A stretch of DNA of 42,202 nucleotides from Kofleriaceae bacterium (lineage in GTDB: Bacteria > Myxococcota_A > Polyangia > Haliangiales > Haliangiaceae). The notes below the pieces were generated by a model, which was given only the letters and a program-made list of their open reading frames with translations, was not told the origin of the DNA and made no database searches. This document shows positions 19,370 through 28,566 of the stretch, piece by piece (position 1 is the first letter of the stretch; every line of letters starts with the position of its first letter). Made by a program: the position numbers and the translations under genes. The stretch lies in NCBI GenBank assembly GCA_046597055.1, contig JBKJLC010000271.1:1-42202 (forward strand), in the 5' to 3' direction.

Positions 19370-21301
19370 ATGCCCCTCCGCCTGTCGCCGATCCGCTTCT
19401 CGCTGGTCCTTCTCGCGCTCGCCGGGTGCGGCGAGGTCGATCCCATCTTCGTCGACGCCGGTGACGGCAGCGGGCTGCCCGACGACGGCGGCGACGCGAC
19501 CGCTCCCGAGACCCTGTTGATCGAGGGCCCGGCGGCGCTCAGCCGTGAGCCCACGCCACGCTTCGAGTTCCGCGCCGACCGACCGGCGACCTTCACCTGC
19601 GCGCTCGACGGGGCGGCGCCGGCGCCGTGCACGTCGCCGCTGACGATCTCGGTGGCAGACGGCTCGCACGTTTTCCTGATCACCGCGACCACCCCCGAGG
19701 GCATCGCCGATCCGAGCCCGGCGCAGCACGCCTGGCGGGTCGACAGCGCACCGCCCGACACCTCGTTCGTGACCACGCCGGCATCACTCGATAACAGCGA
19801 GACCGTCCGGTTCGAGTTCCAGGCCAACGAGGCCGCGACCTTCACCTGCGCGCTCGACGGCGCGGCCGCGGTGCCGTGCCTGTCGCCCCACACGCTCACC
19901 GCGCTCACCGACGGCGCCCACACCCTGCTCGTCCTCGCCACCGACCTCGCCGGCAACCCCGAGGTCCTGCCGGCGAGCCACGCCTGGACCCTCGACAGCT
20001 CGACGCCCGACACCCGGATCGACGCCGGCCCCACCGGCGCGGTGGCGTCGACCTCGGCCCGCTTCGAGTTCTCGTCGCCCGACGCCGGCGCCGGCGCGGT
20101 CTTCGAGTGCGCGCTCGACGCCGCCGCGTTCACCCCGTGCACGTCGCCGCGCGACCTGACCGCGCAGCCCGAGGGCGAGCGCCGCTTCCGCGTCCGCGTC
20201 CGCGACGCCACCGGCAACGTCGACCCGACCCCGGCCGAGCGACGCTGGACCGTCGACACCGTGGCGCCGACCGTCTCGATCGCGCCGCTGACGACGCCGA
20301 CCCGCGACGCCTCCCCCACGTTCGGCTTCACCCCGGGCGGCAACCCCACCACGGTCGAGTGCCGCATCGGCGCCGCCAGCTTCGGGCCGTGCACCACCGC
20401 GACCTCGCACACCCCGTCCGCGCTGACCGACGGGCTCCACATCTTCGAGGTCCGCGTCATCGACGCCGCGGCCAACCAGGCCAGCGCGACCGCATCGGTG
20501 ACCATCGACACCGTGGCGCCGACCGTGAGCCTCGCGCCGGCGACGCCGAACCCGACCAACGACCACACGCCGACGTTCACGTTCACCACGGCCGGCAGCC
20601 CGGCCAGCATCCAGTGCCGCATGGGCACCGCCGCCCTGGGCCCGTGCACCACCGCGACCTCGCACACGCCGACGGCGCTCACCGATGGCGCCCACACGGT
20701 CGAGGTCCGCGTGGCCGACGCCGCCGGCAACACCGGCAGCGCGACCGCCGACCTCACGATCGACACGATCGCGCCGACCGTGACGTTCGGCACCTACCGC
20801 AGCCCGATCAACACCACCACGCCGACCATCCCGTTCACCACCGGCGGCAACCCGACCAGCATCAACTGCCGGGTCGACACCGCCGGCTTCGGCCTGTGCA
20901 CCAGCGCGACCTCGCACACCTCGGCCGCGCTCGACCAGGGCGCCCACACCTTCCATGTCCGCGTCATCGACGCCGCCGGCAACTCCACGCTCGCGAGCAC
21001 CAGCGTCACCGTCGATACGGTGGCGCCGCGGGTCCGGATCGAATCGGGCCCGACCGGAACGATCTTTCAACGGTCCGCCGTCTTCGGGTTCACCACCAGC
21101 GGCGGCGTGGCCCGGACCGGCTGCCGCGTCTACGTGTCCGGCTCCCCCACCGGCGCGTTCGAGACGTGCCTGTCGCCGGTCACGATGGCTCTGCCGAGCG
21201 TCACCCGCCCCACCGCCATGATCTTCGAGGTCGAGGGCCGCGACGCCGCCGACAACCCCGCCTACTCGACCTGGTCGTTCACCATCGACGGCATCAACTG
21301 A
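19370..21301 (+). CDS. Surface lipoprotein with seven tandem Ig-like (Big) repeats
   Basis: Lipobox LAGC; seven ~80-85 aa repeats of the form (D)TxAP..F.F....C..D/G....C.S...L.DG.H.F.V...D.AGN, each with a Cys pair. Confidence 0.85.
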   Translation: MPLRLSPIRFSLVLLALAGCGEVDPIFVDAGDGSGLPDDGGDATAPETLLIEGPAALSREPTPRFEFRADRPATFTCALDGAAPAPCTSPLTISVADGSHVFLITATTPEGIADPSPAQHAWRVDSAPPDTSFVTTPASLDNSETVRFEFQANEAATFTCALDGAAAVPCLSPHTLTALTDGAHTLLVLATDLAGNPEVLPASHAWTLDSSTPDTRIDAGPTGAVASTSARFEFSSPDAGAGAVFECALDAAAFTPCTSPRDLTAQPEGERRFRVRVRDATGNVDPTPAERRWTVDTVAPTVSIAPLTTPTRDASPTFGFTPGGNPTTVECRIGAASFGPCTTATSHTPSALTDGLHIFEVRVIDAAANQASATASVTIDTVAPTVSLAPATPNPTNDHTPTFTFTTAGSPASIQCRMGTAALGPCTTATSHTPTALTDGAHTVEVRVADAAGNTGSATADLTIDTIAPTVTFGTYRSPINTTTPTIPFTTGGNPTSINCRVDTAGFGLCTSATSHTSAALDQGAHTFHVRVIDAAGNSTLASTSVTVDTVAPRVRIESGPTGTIFQRSAVFGFTTSGGVARTGCRVYVSGSPTGAFETCLSPVTMALPSVTRPTAMIFEVEGRDAADNPAYSTWSFTIDGIN

Positions 21302-21407
21302 CCCGCCTCCGCACCACCGGCCGCGTCGACCAGGCGCGCGCGCCTCGCACGGGCGCGTCGAGGCGACCACCGCCGCGGCTCCTTGAGGCCGTGACAGACT
21401 CGCCGAC

Positions 21408-21909
21408 GTGGCCACACGGCACTTCATCTGCGGCAAGGCGGGCTCGGGCAAGACGACGCTGGCGCGCGCGCTCGGGCGGTCGCTGCCGGCGGTCGTGTTC
21501 TGCGAGCACGAGTGGATCGCCGCGCTCGGGTTCGAGGTCCGCACGCTCGAGGACTACCTCGACGCTTCCAGCCGGTGCCGGAGGCTGATCGGCACGATGG
21601 TGCCGGACCTGCTCCGGTTCGGCGGCTCGGTCGTCTTCGACTTCGCCGCGAACACGGTCCGTGGTCGCGTCTGGGTGCGGTCGCTGTTCGAGGCGGCCGG
21701 CGCCGACCCACGCACTGCACTGGATCGAGGCCTCCGACGCCGCGTCCCTTGACAACATCCACCGGCGGAACCACGAGCAGCCGGCCGGGATCTACTGGGG
21801 CGCGGTCTCGGACGAGCTGTTCCATGCCGTCACCGCGCACTTCGTCCCACCCGGGACCGACGAGGGATTTCAGCTGAGCCGGCGGACCGCGGCGGCGCCG
21901 GCGCGCTGA
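21408..21909 (+). pseudogene. Small AAA_33-like P-loop kinase interrupted by a 1-nt insertion
   Basis: GKAGSGKTT and VVFDF lie in the first frame. The C-terminal half (HALHWIEASDAASLDNIHRRN...FVPP..DEGF) is in another frame. Removing one C from CCC at 21707-21709 restores one ORF. Confidence 0.72.
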
Positions 21910-22120
21910 CGTCGCGCGATCGGGGGCCCCGCCGGCCACTGACAAGGGCTGTCACGCGCTACCAGGACCGCGCGAAAGCAACGATCGTGCGTGCCAGCGT
22001 GGGTGGCCCACACCGGCCCGCATGTCGGCGCGAGATGCTCGGAGCACAAAGGATTCGCGGCGACGAACACCCGCGGGAAAGATCTCGATTCGATTGCGTA
22101 GCTCTCTAGTATGCGAGGCC

Positions 22121-23098
22121 ATGCGTCAGCCATCTGTCTCGCTGTCCGCGGTCGTCGCCGCACTCGCGTTCACCGCCGCCACCGCCGTCACCGGCCTCGC
22201 CGGCTGCACCACCACGGTCGAGTCCACCGAGGCGCCCGAGGGCTTCTCGGCGCCCGACGAGGCGGTGTTCGCGCTGGCCGCGGCGACCACGCTCGGCAAT
22301 GGCCAGCCGGTCACCGGGCTGGGCGCGGCCCGCGGGGTCGAGCTGCACTACCAGCTCGCGGTCCCCGCCGGCGCCACCGCGCTGCGGGTCCAGATCGCGG
22401 GCGGCACCGGCGACGCCGACCTCTACGTCCGCTTCGGCGCCGCGCCGACCATCACCACCTACGACGCGCGGCCGTACCTGGACGGCAACGCCGAGACCAT
22501 CCTGCCCGCGCCGATCCGGACCGGCACGTACTTCGTCATGCTCCGCGCGTATCGCGCGTTCACCGGCGTGACCTTGACCGCGTCATTCCAGACGGCCACC
22601 GAGCCCCCGCCGCCCCCGCCGCCGCCGCCCCCGCCCGAGACGATCGACTGCACCGTGGCCGAGAGCTGGCCGGCCGCGTGGGTCGCGCTCGAGAATGACG
22701 GGCTCGCACGCATCAACGCGCATCGCGCCGCCGGCGCGACCTGCGGCGGCGTCGTGAAGCCGGCGGTCGGCCCGGTGGTGATGAACGCCGAGCTGCGCGA
22801 GGCCGCGCGCTGTCACAGCCAGGACATGGGCGTGAACGCGTACTTCAGTCACACCAGCCAGGACGGCCGCAGCCCGTGGACGCGCATCGCCGACGCCGGC
22901 TACACCGCATCGGCCACCGGCGAGAACATCGCCGCCGGCTACGGCACCGCCGCGCAGGTGGTGACCGGCTGGATGGCCTCCACCGGTCACTGCAACAACA
23001 TCATGAATGGCTCGTCGAACGAGACCGGCCTCGGCTACGCGCTCCAGGCCGGCTCACCCTACGGCAGCTACTGGACGCAGACCTTCGGCCGTCGCTGA
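22121..23098 (+). CDS. Lipoprotein with PPC (pre-peptidase C-terminal) domain, poly-Pro linker and CAP/SCP domain
   Basis: Lipobox LAGC; PPC GGTGDADLYV; P11 linker; CAP motifs INAHR, HSQDM..YFSH, GENIAAG, WMASTGHCNNI. Confidence 0.88.
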   Translation: MRQPSVSLSAVVAALAFTAATAVTGLAGCTTTVESTEAPEGFSAPDEAVFALAAATTLGNGQPVTGLGAARGVELHYQLAVPAGATALRVQIAGGTGDADLYVRFGAAPTITTYDARPYLDGNAETILPAPIRTGTYFVMLRAYRAFTGVTLTASFQTATEPPPPPPPPPPPETIDCTVAESWPAAWVALENDGLARINAHRAAGATCGGVVKPAVGPVVMNAELREAARCHSQDMGVNAYFSHTSQDGRSPWTRIADAGYTASATGENIAAGYGTAAQVVTGWMASTGHCNNIMNGSSNETGLGYALQAGSPYGSYWTQTFGRR

Positions 23099-23486
23099 GC
23101 CGCGACTGCTGGTCGGTCCGGTCGGTCCAGCAAAACAACGTTCAATCACGCTGAGCGCGCTTCTGGTCAGTGGCTACTGCCATCACCACTTGCGATCTGT
23201 CCGGACTGTCCCGTAACGTCCGCCGTCAGCAAGTCACCTAGATTTGCCCCTTCGGCCCACGTCAGTCACGGATCGAGTCAGTACAAAGACGGTAGCAACC
23301 GTCGCGCGACGGCGCGCATTCTCGCCTGGCTCTCCGGCCGGCGCGGCCCGGCCGTGCCCGCGCCCTGGGCCCGACCAGGATGGCGCCTCGCGTGGGACGC
23401 CCACGGCGTCTCGACCATCGCCAACGTGACCGCGCCGAGGGGGTGCTGGGTGCCTGCGTCCACCGCGCTCCCGGAGATACGACATC

Positions 23487-26441
23487 ATGCTCACTCGTCT
23501 CGCGATACGCGTACGCTGGCTGGTTCTTCCCCTGCTGATGGTCCTGGGCTGCCTCGAGGGCAGCTCCAGCGCACCTGATCTCGCCACCGAGTCGAGCGAG
23601 CTGGTCGAGGGTGACTTCTGCTATCTGCCCTCGTATGGCCGCGGCGTGGGGTCGATTCCCACCGTGTGCCCGGCCGGCACTGAGTACGATGCAGGGCTCT
23701 GCTACGGCCTGTGCGATGCCGGCTTCGACGGCGTCGGCCCGGTGTGCTGGAGGTCCTGCCCCGCGGGCTACATCGATGACGGCGCGTTCTGCCGCAAGGA
23801 CGTCATCATCGTCGGCAAGCCCTCGTACGGCCGCGGCGCCGGCGGCGTGCCCGACGCGTGTCCGGCCGGCTCCCAGCGCGACGGCGCGCTGTGCTACCCG
23901 GACTGCGCCGGTGGCTACTACGGCGTCGGCCCGGTGTGCTGGCAGGCGTGCCCGGCCGGCTACACCGACGACGGCGCGTTCTGCCGCCGGGACGCCGTCA
24001 TCATCGGCTCCAACCGGGACAGCTGTCCCTGGTACGACACCTGCGGCGTGACCCTCGCCCGCGGCTGCTCGTCGTGCCCGGCCGGCTACATCAATGATGG
24101 CTGTACCTGCCGCCAGGACGCCCACATCTTCGCCAAGGCCACGTACGGGCGCGGCGGCGGCAGCCCGCTGACCTGTCGCGCCGGCCTGCAGAACGACGCC
24201 GGGCTCTGCTATCCGGCGTGCGCCGGCGGCTACGCCGGCGCGGGCCCGGTGTGCTGGGGCAGCTGCCCCGCCGGCTACGCCGACGACGGCGCAACCTGCC
24301 GGCTCGACGCGATCATCTTCGCCAAGGACACCCACGTGCGCGGCGTCGGCAGCCTGCTGTCGTGCAGCGACGGGCTCGAATCGGATGCCGGGCTCTGCTA
24401 CGAGACGTGCGCCGCCAGCTACGACGGCATCGGCCCGGTCTGCTGGGGTGTGTGCCCGGCCGGCATGGTCGCGTGCGGCGCCGGCTGCGCGGTGTCGTCG
24501 GCCGTCTGCGCCAACGTGATCGTCAGTCAGGTCATCGCCCCGTTCGACGTGCTGGCCAACCTGACGTTGATGGCGGTCAGCTTCGGCAGCTCGACCGTGT
24601 TCCAGTCGGGCGTGCGGGCGGCGCTGTCGGCGGCCCAGCAGGCGACGCTGCGCGAGACCCTGCGCGCCGCCCTGCGCCAGGCCGCGCAGGAGGCGGGCCA
24701 GGCCGCCACCGAGGAGTACATCGAGACCAACGCCGAGATCCTCGCCAACGCGGCCGAGGTCGGCGAGATGGACTGGACGCTGCTCGATCCGACCGGGATC
24801 GCGTCGTTCGTCCAGGCCTTCAATCACCCGACCTGCGACGCCCCGCCCCCGGGCGCCGGCAGCGGTGCCGCGCAGGACGCCGACCTCGACGGCGTCATCA
24901 ACGCGACCGACAACTGCCCGGCGCTGAACAACCCGGATCAGCGCGACACCGACGGCGACCGCCAGGGCGACGCCTGCGACGCCGACGACGACAACGACGG
25001 CGCGCTCGACCCGTCGGACAGCTGCCCCCGCCAGGCCAACACCGATCAGCGCGACGCCGACGCTGACGGCCAGGGCGATCCGTGCGATCCCGACGACGAC
25101 AACGACCTCGTGCTCGACGCCGCCGACAACTGCGGCTTCGTCGTCAACCCCGACCAGCGCGACGCGGATCGCGACGGCAGCGGCGACCCGTGCGACGGCG
25201 ACCTCGATGGTGACGGCGTGGCCAACCCCACCGACACCTGCCCGGCCAGCCCGGACCCGCTGCAGGAGGACGCCGACCGCGATGGCGCCGGTGACGCCTG
25301 CGACGACGACGACGACGGCGACGGCGCGCTCGACGCCGCCGACAACTGCCTCCTGATCGGCAACGCCGATCAGGCCGACGCCGATGGCGATCACCTCGGC
25401 AACGCCTGCGACGGGGACGACGACGGCGACGACGTGCGCGATGACGTCGACAGCTGCCCGCTGGTCGCCAACTTCGATCAGCTCGACCACGACGGCGACC
25501 GTGCCGGCGACGCCTGCGATCCCGATGACGACGACGACCGCGTCCTCGACCCGACCGACAACTGCGCGATGGTGGCCAACCCCGACCAGGGCGACCACGA
25601 CCGCGACGGCCTCGGCGACGAGTGCGACGCCGACGACGACAACGACGGGATCCTCGACGACGTCGACACCTGCATCGTGGCGGCGAACCCCGACCAGATC
25701 GACAACGACCGCGACGGCGCCGGCGATGCCTGTGATGGCGACGACGACAACGACGGCGTCGACGACGGCGCCGACAACTGCGCCTTCACCGCCAACCTCG
25801 ATCAGCTCGATCTCGACGCCGACGGCAGCGGCGACCGGTGTGATGCCGACGTCGATGGTGACACGGTCGGGAACGACGTCGACAACTGCCCGGTCCAGCC
25901 CAACCCGACCCAGGTCGACCTCGACCTGGACCGGCTGGGCGACTCGTGCGACGGCGACCTCGACGGCGACACCGTGCCGAACGCCGCCGACAGCTGCCCG
26001 TTCGTGCGCAACGTCGATCAGCGCGACCACGAGGGCGACGGCCTGGGTGACGTCTGCGACGACGATGACGACAACGACGGCGTGGTCGATGGCGGCGACA
26101 ACTGCCCGCGCGCCGCCAACCCGGCGCAGGGCGACTTCGACCGCGACGGCCTCGGCGACGTGTGCGACGGTGACCGCGACGCCGACGGGGTGGCCAACGA
26201 CGCCGACGTCTGCGAGCTCACCCCGATCGCGGCCGTGATCGACCCGGCCAGCGGCTGCTCGATCGCGCAGCTGGTGCCCTGCGCCGGCCCGCGCGGCGCG
26301 TCGACCTCGTGGCGCAACCACGGCGCCTACGTGTCGACCGTGACCCAGACCGCCGGTCAGTTCGTCGCGCTCGGGCTGATCTCGGCCGCCGACCGGGACC
26401 GCATCGTCTCGGCCGCCGGCCGCAGCAGCTGCGGCAAGTAG
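23487..26441 (+). CDS. Large lipoprotein: Cys-rich repeats + helical spacer + thrombospondin type-3 (Ca-binding) repeats
   Basis: GGAG upstream of the start; signal ending VLGC; four YGRG..C..G...DAGLCY..C..G(Y/F).G.GPVCW..CP repeats; 12 full 36-aa D.D.DG..D..DNC....N.DQ.D.D.DG.GD.CD units; C-terminal WRNHGAYVS domain. Confidence 0.88.
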   Translation: MLTRLAIRVRWLVLPLLMVLGCLEGSSSAPDLATESSELVEGDFCYLPSYGRGVGSIPTVCPAGTEYDAGLCYGLCDAGFDGVGPVCWRSCPAGYIDDGAFCRKDVIIVGKPSYGRGAGGVPDACPAGSQRDGALCYPDCAGGYYGVGPVCWQACPAGYTDDGAFCRRDAVIIGSNRDSCPWYDTCGVTLARGCSSCPAGYINDGCTCRQDAHIFAKATYGRGGGSPLTCRAGLQNDAGLCYPACAGGYAGAGPVCWGSCPAGYADDGATCRLDAIIFAKDTHVRGVGSLLSCSDGLESDAGLCYETCAASYDGIGPVCWGVCPAGMVACGAGCAVSSAVCANVIVSQVIAPFDVLANLTLMAVSFGSSTVFQSGVRAALSAAQQATLRETLRAALRQAAQEAGQAATEEYIETNAEILANAAEVGEMDWTLLDPTGIASFVQAFNHPTCDAPPPGAGSGAAQDADLDGVINATDNCPALNNPDQRDTDGDRQGDACDADDDNDGALDPSDSCPRQANTDQRDADADGQGDPCDPDDDNDLVLDAADNCGFVVNPDQRDADRDGSGDPCDGDLDGDGVANPTDTCPASPDPLQEDADRDGAGDACDDDDDGDGALDAADNCLLIGNADQADADGDHLGNACDGDDDGDDVRDDVDSCPLVANFDQLDHDGDRAGDACDPDDDDDRVLDPTDNCAMVANPDQGDHDRDGLGDECDADDDNDGILDDVDTCIVAANPDQIDNDRDGAGDACDGDDDNDGVDDGADNCAFTANLDQLDLDADGSGDRCDADVDGDTVGNDVDNCPVQPNPTQVDLDLDRLGDSCDGDLDGDTVPNAADSCPFVRNVDQRDHEGDGLGDVCDDDDDNDGVVDGGDNCPRAANPAQGDFDRDGLGDVCDGDRDADGVANDADVCELTPIAAVIDPASGCSIAQLVPCAGPRGASTSWRNHGAYVSTVTQTAGQFVALGLISAADRDRIVSAAGRSSCGK
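24876..26213 (+). repeat. 108-bp coding tandem repeat (TSP3-type), 12 full units plus a partial one
   Basis: Counted from the translation: 36-aa period with a conserved Cys pair and Asp-rich pattern. Confidence 0.85.
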
Positions 26442-26465
26442 CCGGGGCCAACGCCCGCGCCGGCG

Positions 26466-27446
26466 TCAGGGCACGCCGGTGACGTCGACCGTGATCCGAC
26501 GCAGCGGGCCGCTCGACGTCACGTAGAGGTCGGTGCAACCGAGCGCGCCGCGGGCGAACGCCATGTTGGCCGCGCCGCCGACGCCGGTGAGCAGCTCCTC
26601 GCGCGCGCCGAACCTCGGGCCGGCGCCGAACCGCAGCACCTTGCGACCGGCGTTGTCGGTCAGGTAGTAGCGACCCTGGACGTCGCGGGCCAGGCCGTCG
26701 GGGCTGCCGGTGTCGTCGGTGCCGCGGTCGGCAACCGTCATGCGCATGGCGCCGAGCTCGACCTGGTTCCCGTCGAGCATCAGGCGGTACACAGTGCCGT
26801 TGCCGTAGCTCGCGACCAGCAGCGAGCCATCGGCCTCGAACAGGAGGCCGTTGGGCTGCGCGATCGCGGTGGTGGTCACCGTGGTGCGCACGTTGGCCCG
26901 CGCGACCCGGTGGACGTGCCCGGCGGCGACGAAGCTCGTGTAGTAGACCGCGCCGTCGGGCCCGACGATCAGCCCGTTGGGGCTGTTCGCGCCCGCGAAG
27001 TAGACGGTGGCGGTCGGGGTCGCGTCGCTGGTGTCGATCCGCCAGATCGTCCCGGTGTTGGCCGGGGTCGCGACGTAGAGGATCCCGCCGGGTCCGAGCG
27101 CCATGCCCCACACCGTCGTGGTGCCGGGCAGGGTCACCCACGCGTTCTCCGGTGCTGCCTGCCCGGGCCGCCACCGGCCGACCGCACCCGACTTCGAGAA
27201 GTAGGTGGTGCCATCGACAGCGATCGCGAGGCCCTCGGTCCCGGTGATCTGCGCGGTCGGCAGGACCTGCGTGGCGCAGCCGCCGCCGGCGTCGGGCGCG
27301 CCATCGAGGTCGCCGGCGTCGACCAGGTCGGCGGCATCGACCGTGGCCGCGGCCGCATCGGGATCGACCGCGGGCTCATCGCCACCGCCGCAGCCGCCGA
27401 TGGCGAGCGCGGCGACGATCCCGAGCCAGCGCCGGCGCGCGGTCAT
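26466..27446 (-). CDS. SMP-30/gluconolactonase/LRE-family beta-propeller lipoprotein
   Basis: Signal ending IGGC; blade motifs TEGLAI, PNGLIV, PNGLLF, PDGLA, ANMAF. ATG 27446 overlaps the upstream stop. Confidence 0.82.
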   Translation of the reverse strand: MTARRRWLGIVAALAIGGCGGGDEPAVDPDAAAATVDAADLVDAGDLDGAPDAGGGCATQVLPTAQITGTEGLAIAVDGTTYFSKSGAVGRWRPGQAAPENAWVTLPGTTTVWGMALGPGGILYVATPANTGTIWRIDTSDATPTATVYFAGANSPNGLIVGPDGAVYYTSFVAAGHVHRVARANVRTTVTTTAIAQPNGLLFEADGSLLVASYGNGTVYRLMLDGNQVELGAMRMTVADRGTDDTGSPDGLARDVQGRYYLTDNAGRKVLRFGAGPRFGAREELLTGVGGAANMAFARGALGCTDLYVTSSGPLRRITVDVTGVP

Positions 27447-28498
27447 CACAGCGCCCTCCCGGTCATCTCGGCCCAGCGCCGGCGGCCATCGGCCTCCAGC
27501 CGGACCAGATCGACGCCGAGCGTGCGCGCGACCTCGAGCTCGGCGCGGAACGACGTGCCCATCGGCGTCGGATCGTCGCTGCCGAGGATGCAGTGCACGC
27601 CGGCCCGCTGGAGCGCGCGCAGCGGCGTCACGCCGTCGTGGGCACGCTCGAGCGCGGCCAGCGCGGTCGGGATGAGCAGGCGGTTGCTGGTCGGGCACAC
27701 CTCGAGGGTCACGCCCTCGCGCGCGAGCCGCGCCAGGGTCGCCGGGCTCTGCAGCGCGTGGACGCCGTGGCCGATCCCGCGCGGCGCCAGCGCCAGCGTG
27801 CGATCGACCGAGGCGTGGCCCTCGAACTCGCCGGCGTGGATCGTGAGGTCGGGCAGGTGCGGGCGCAGCTGATCGAGGATCGCGACCAGCGCGGGCGGCA
27901 GCGGCTCCTTGTCGGCGCCGGTGACGATGCCGAGCACGTCGAGCCCGACCAGCCCGGGCGCGTGCTCGATCACCATCGCCGCCAGCGCGCGGTAGTGCGG
28001 CTCGCTCTCGAACGTGCGCGACAGGCCGAGCCGGAGCACCATCGGCGTCCCGGTGGCCGCGGCGACCTGGTCGCGCGCAGCCAGGACCTCGAGCAAGATC
28101 GGCCGCGCGTAGCGGTCGGCGAACTCGACCGGCGGCACGTCGCGCCACGCCCGGCGCTGGTGCTCGATCAGCGTGCGCGCCATCGAGAACAGGCTCAACC
28201 GCATCTCGAAGCCATCGGTGTCGGCCGCGGCCTCGCGGAACGCGGTGCGGGCGAGCGCGCCGATCGCCGGCACGCTCACGTAGGCGGCCCGCGCCGCGAC
28301 GATGCACCCATAGAAGAGGGTGGCGTCGTCCGACGGCGCGCGCATCGTCACCGTCGCGGCCAGCTCGTCGGGGGTCCGGAACCGCTGCTCGGCCGGGTCG
28401 AAGAAGACCGGATCTCGGATGTCGAACTGGCGGGCGACGTCGAGCAGCGCGGTCGCGCTGTGCGATCCCTCGAGATGGCGGTGGAGGTCCAGATGCAC
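27446..28498 (-). CDS. Adenosine deaminase-family amidohydrolase
   Basis: DLHRHLEGS, TIHAGE, IGHG, EVCPTSN and SDDP metal/catalytic motifs. Start GTG 28498 (or 28516). Confidence 0.87.
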   Translation of the reverse strand: MHLDLHRHLEGSHSATALLDVARQFDIRDPVFFDPAEQRFRTPDELAATVTMRAPSDDATLFYGCIVAARAAYVSVPAIGALARTAFREAAADTDGFEMRLSLFSMARTLIEHQRRAWRDVPPVEFADRYARPILLEVLAARDQVAAATGTPMVLRLGLSRTFESEPHYRALAAMVIEHAPGLVGLDVLGIVTGADKEPLPPALVAILDQLRPHLPDLTIHAGEFEGHASVDRTLALAPRGIGHGVHALQSPATLARLAREGVTLEVCPTSNRLLIPTALAALERAHDGVTPLRALQRAGVHCILGSDDPTPMGTSFRAELEVARTLGVDLVRLEADGRRRWAEMTGRAL

Positions 28499-28566
28499 GG
28501 CCCAGTGGTACCGCACGAGCCCGAAACCAGCCAGAAACCAGGGCTGGCGATGTAAGGTCCGCCGCC

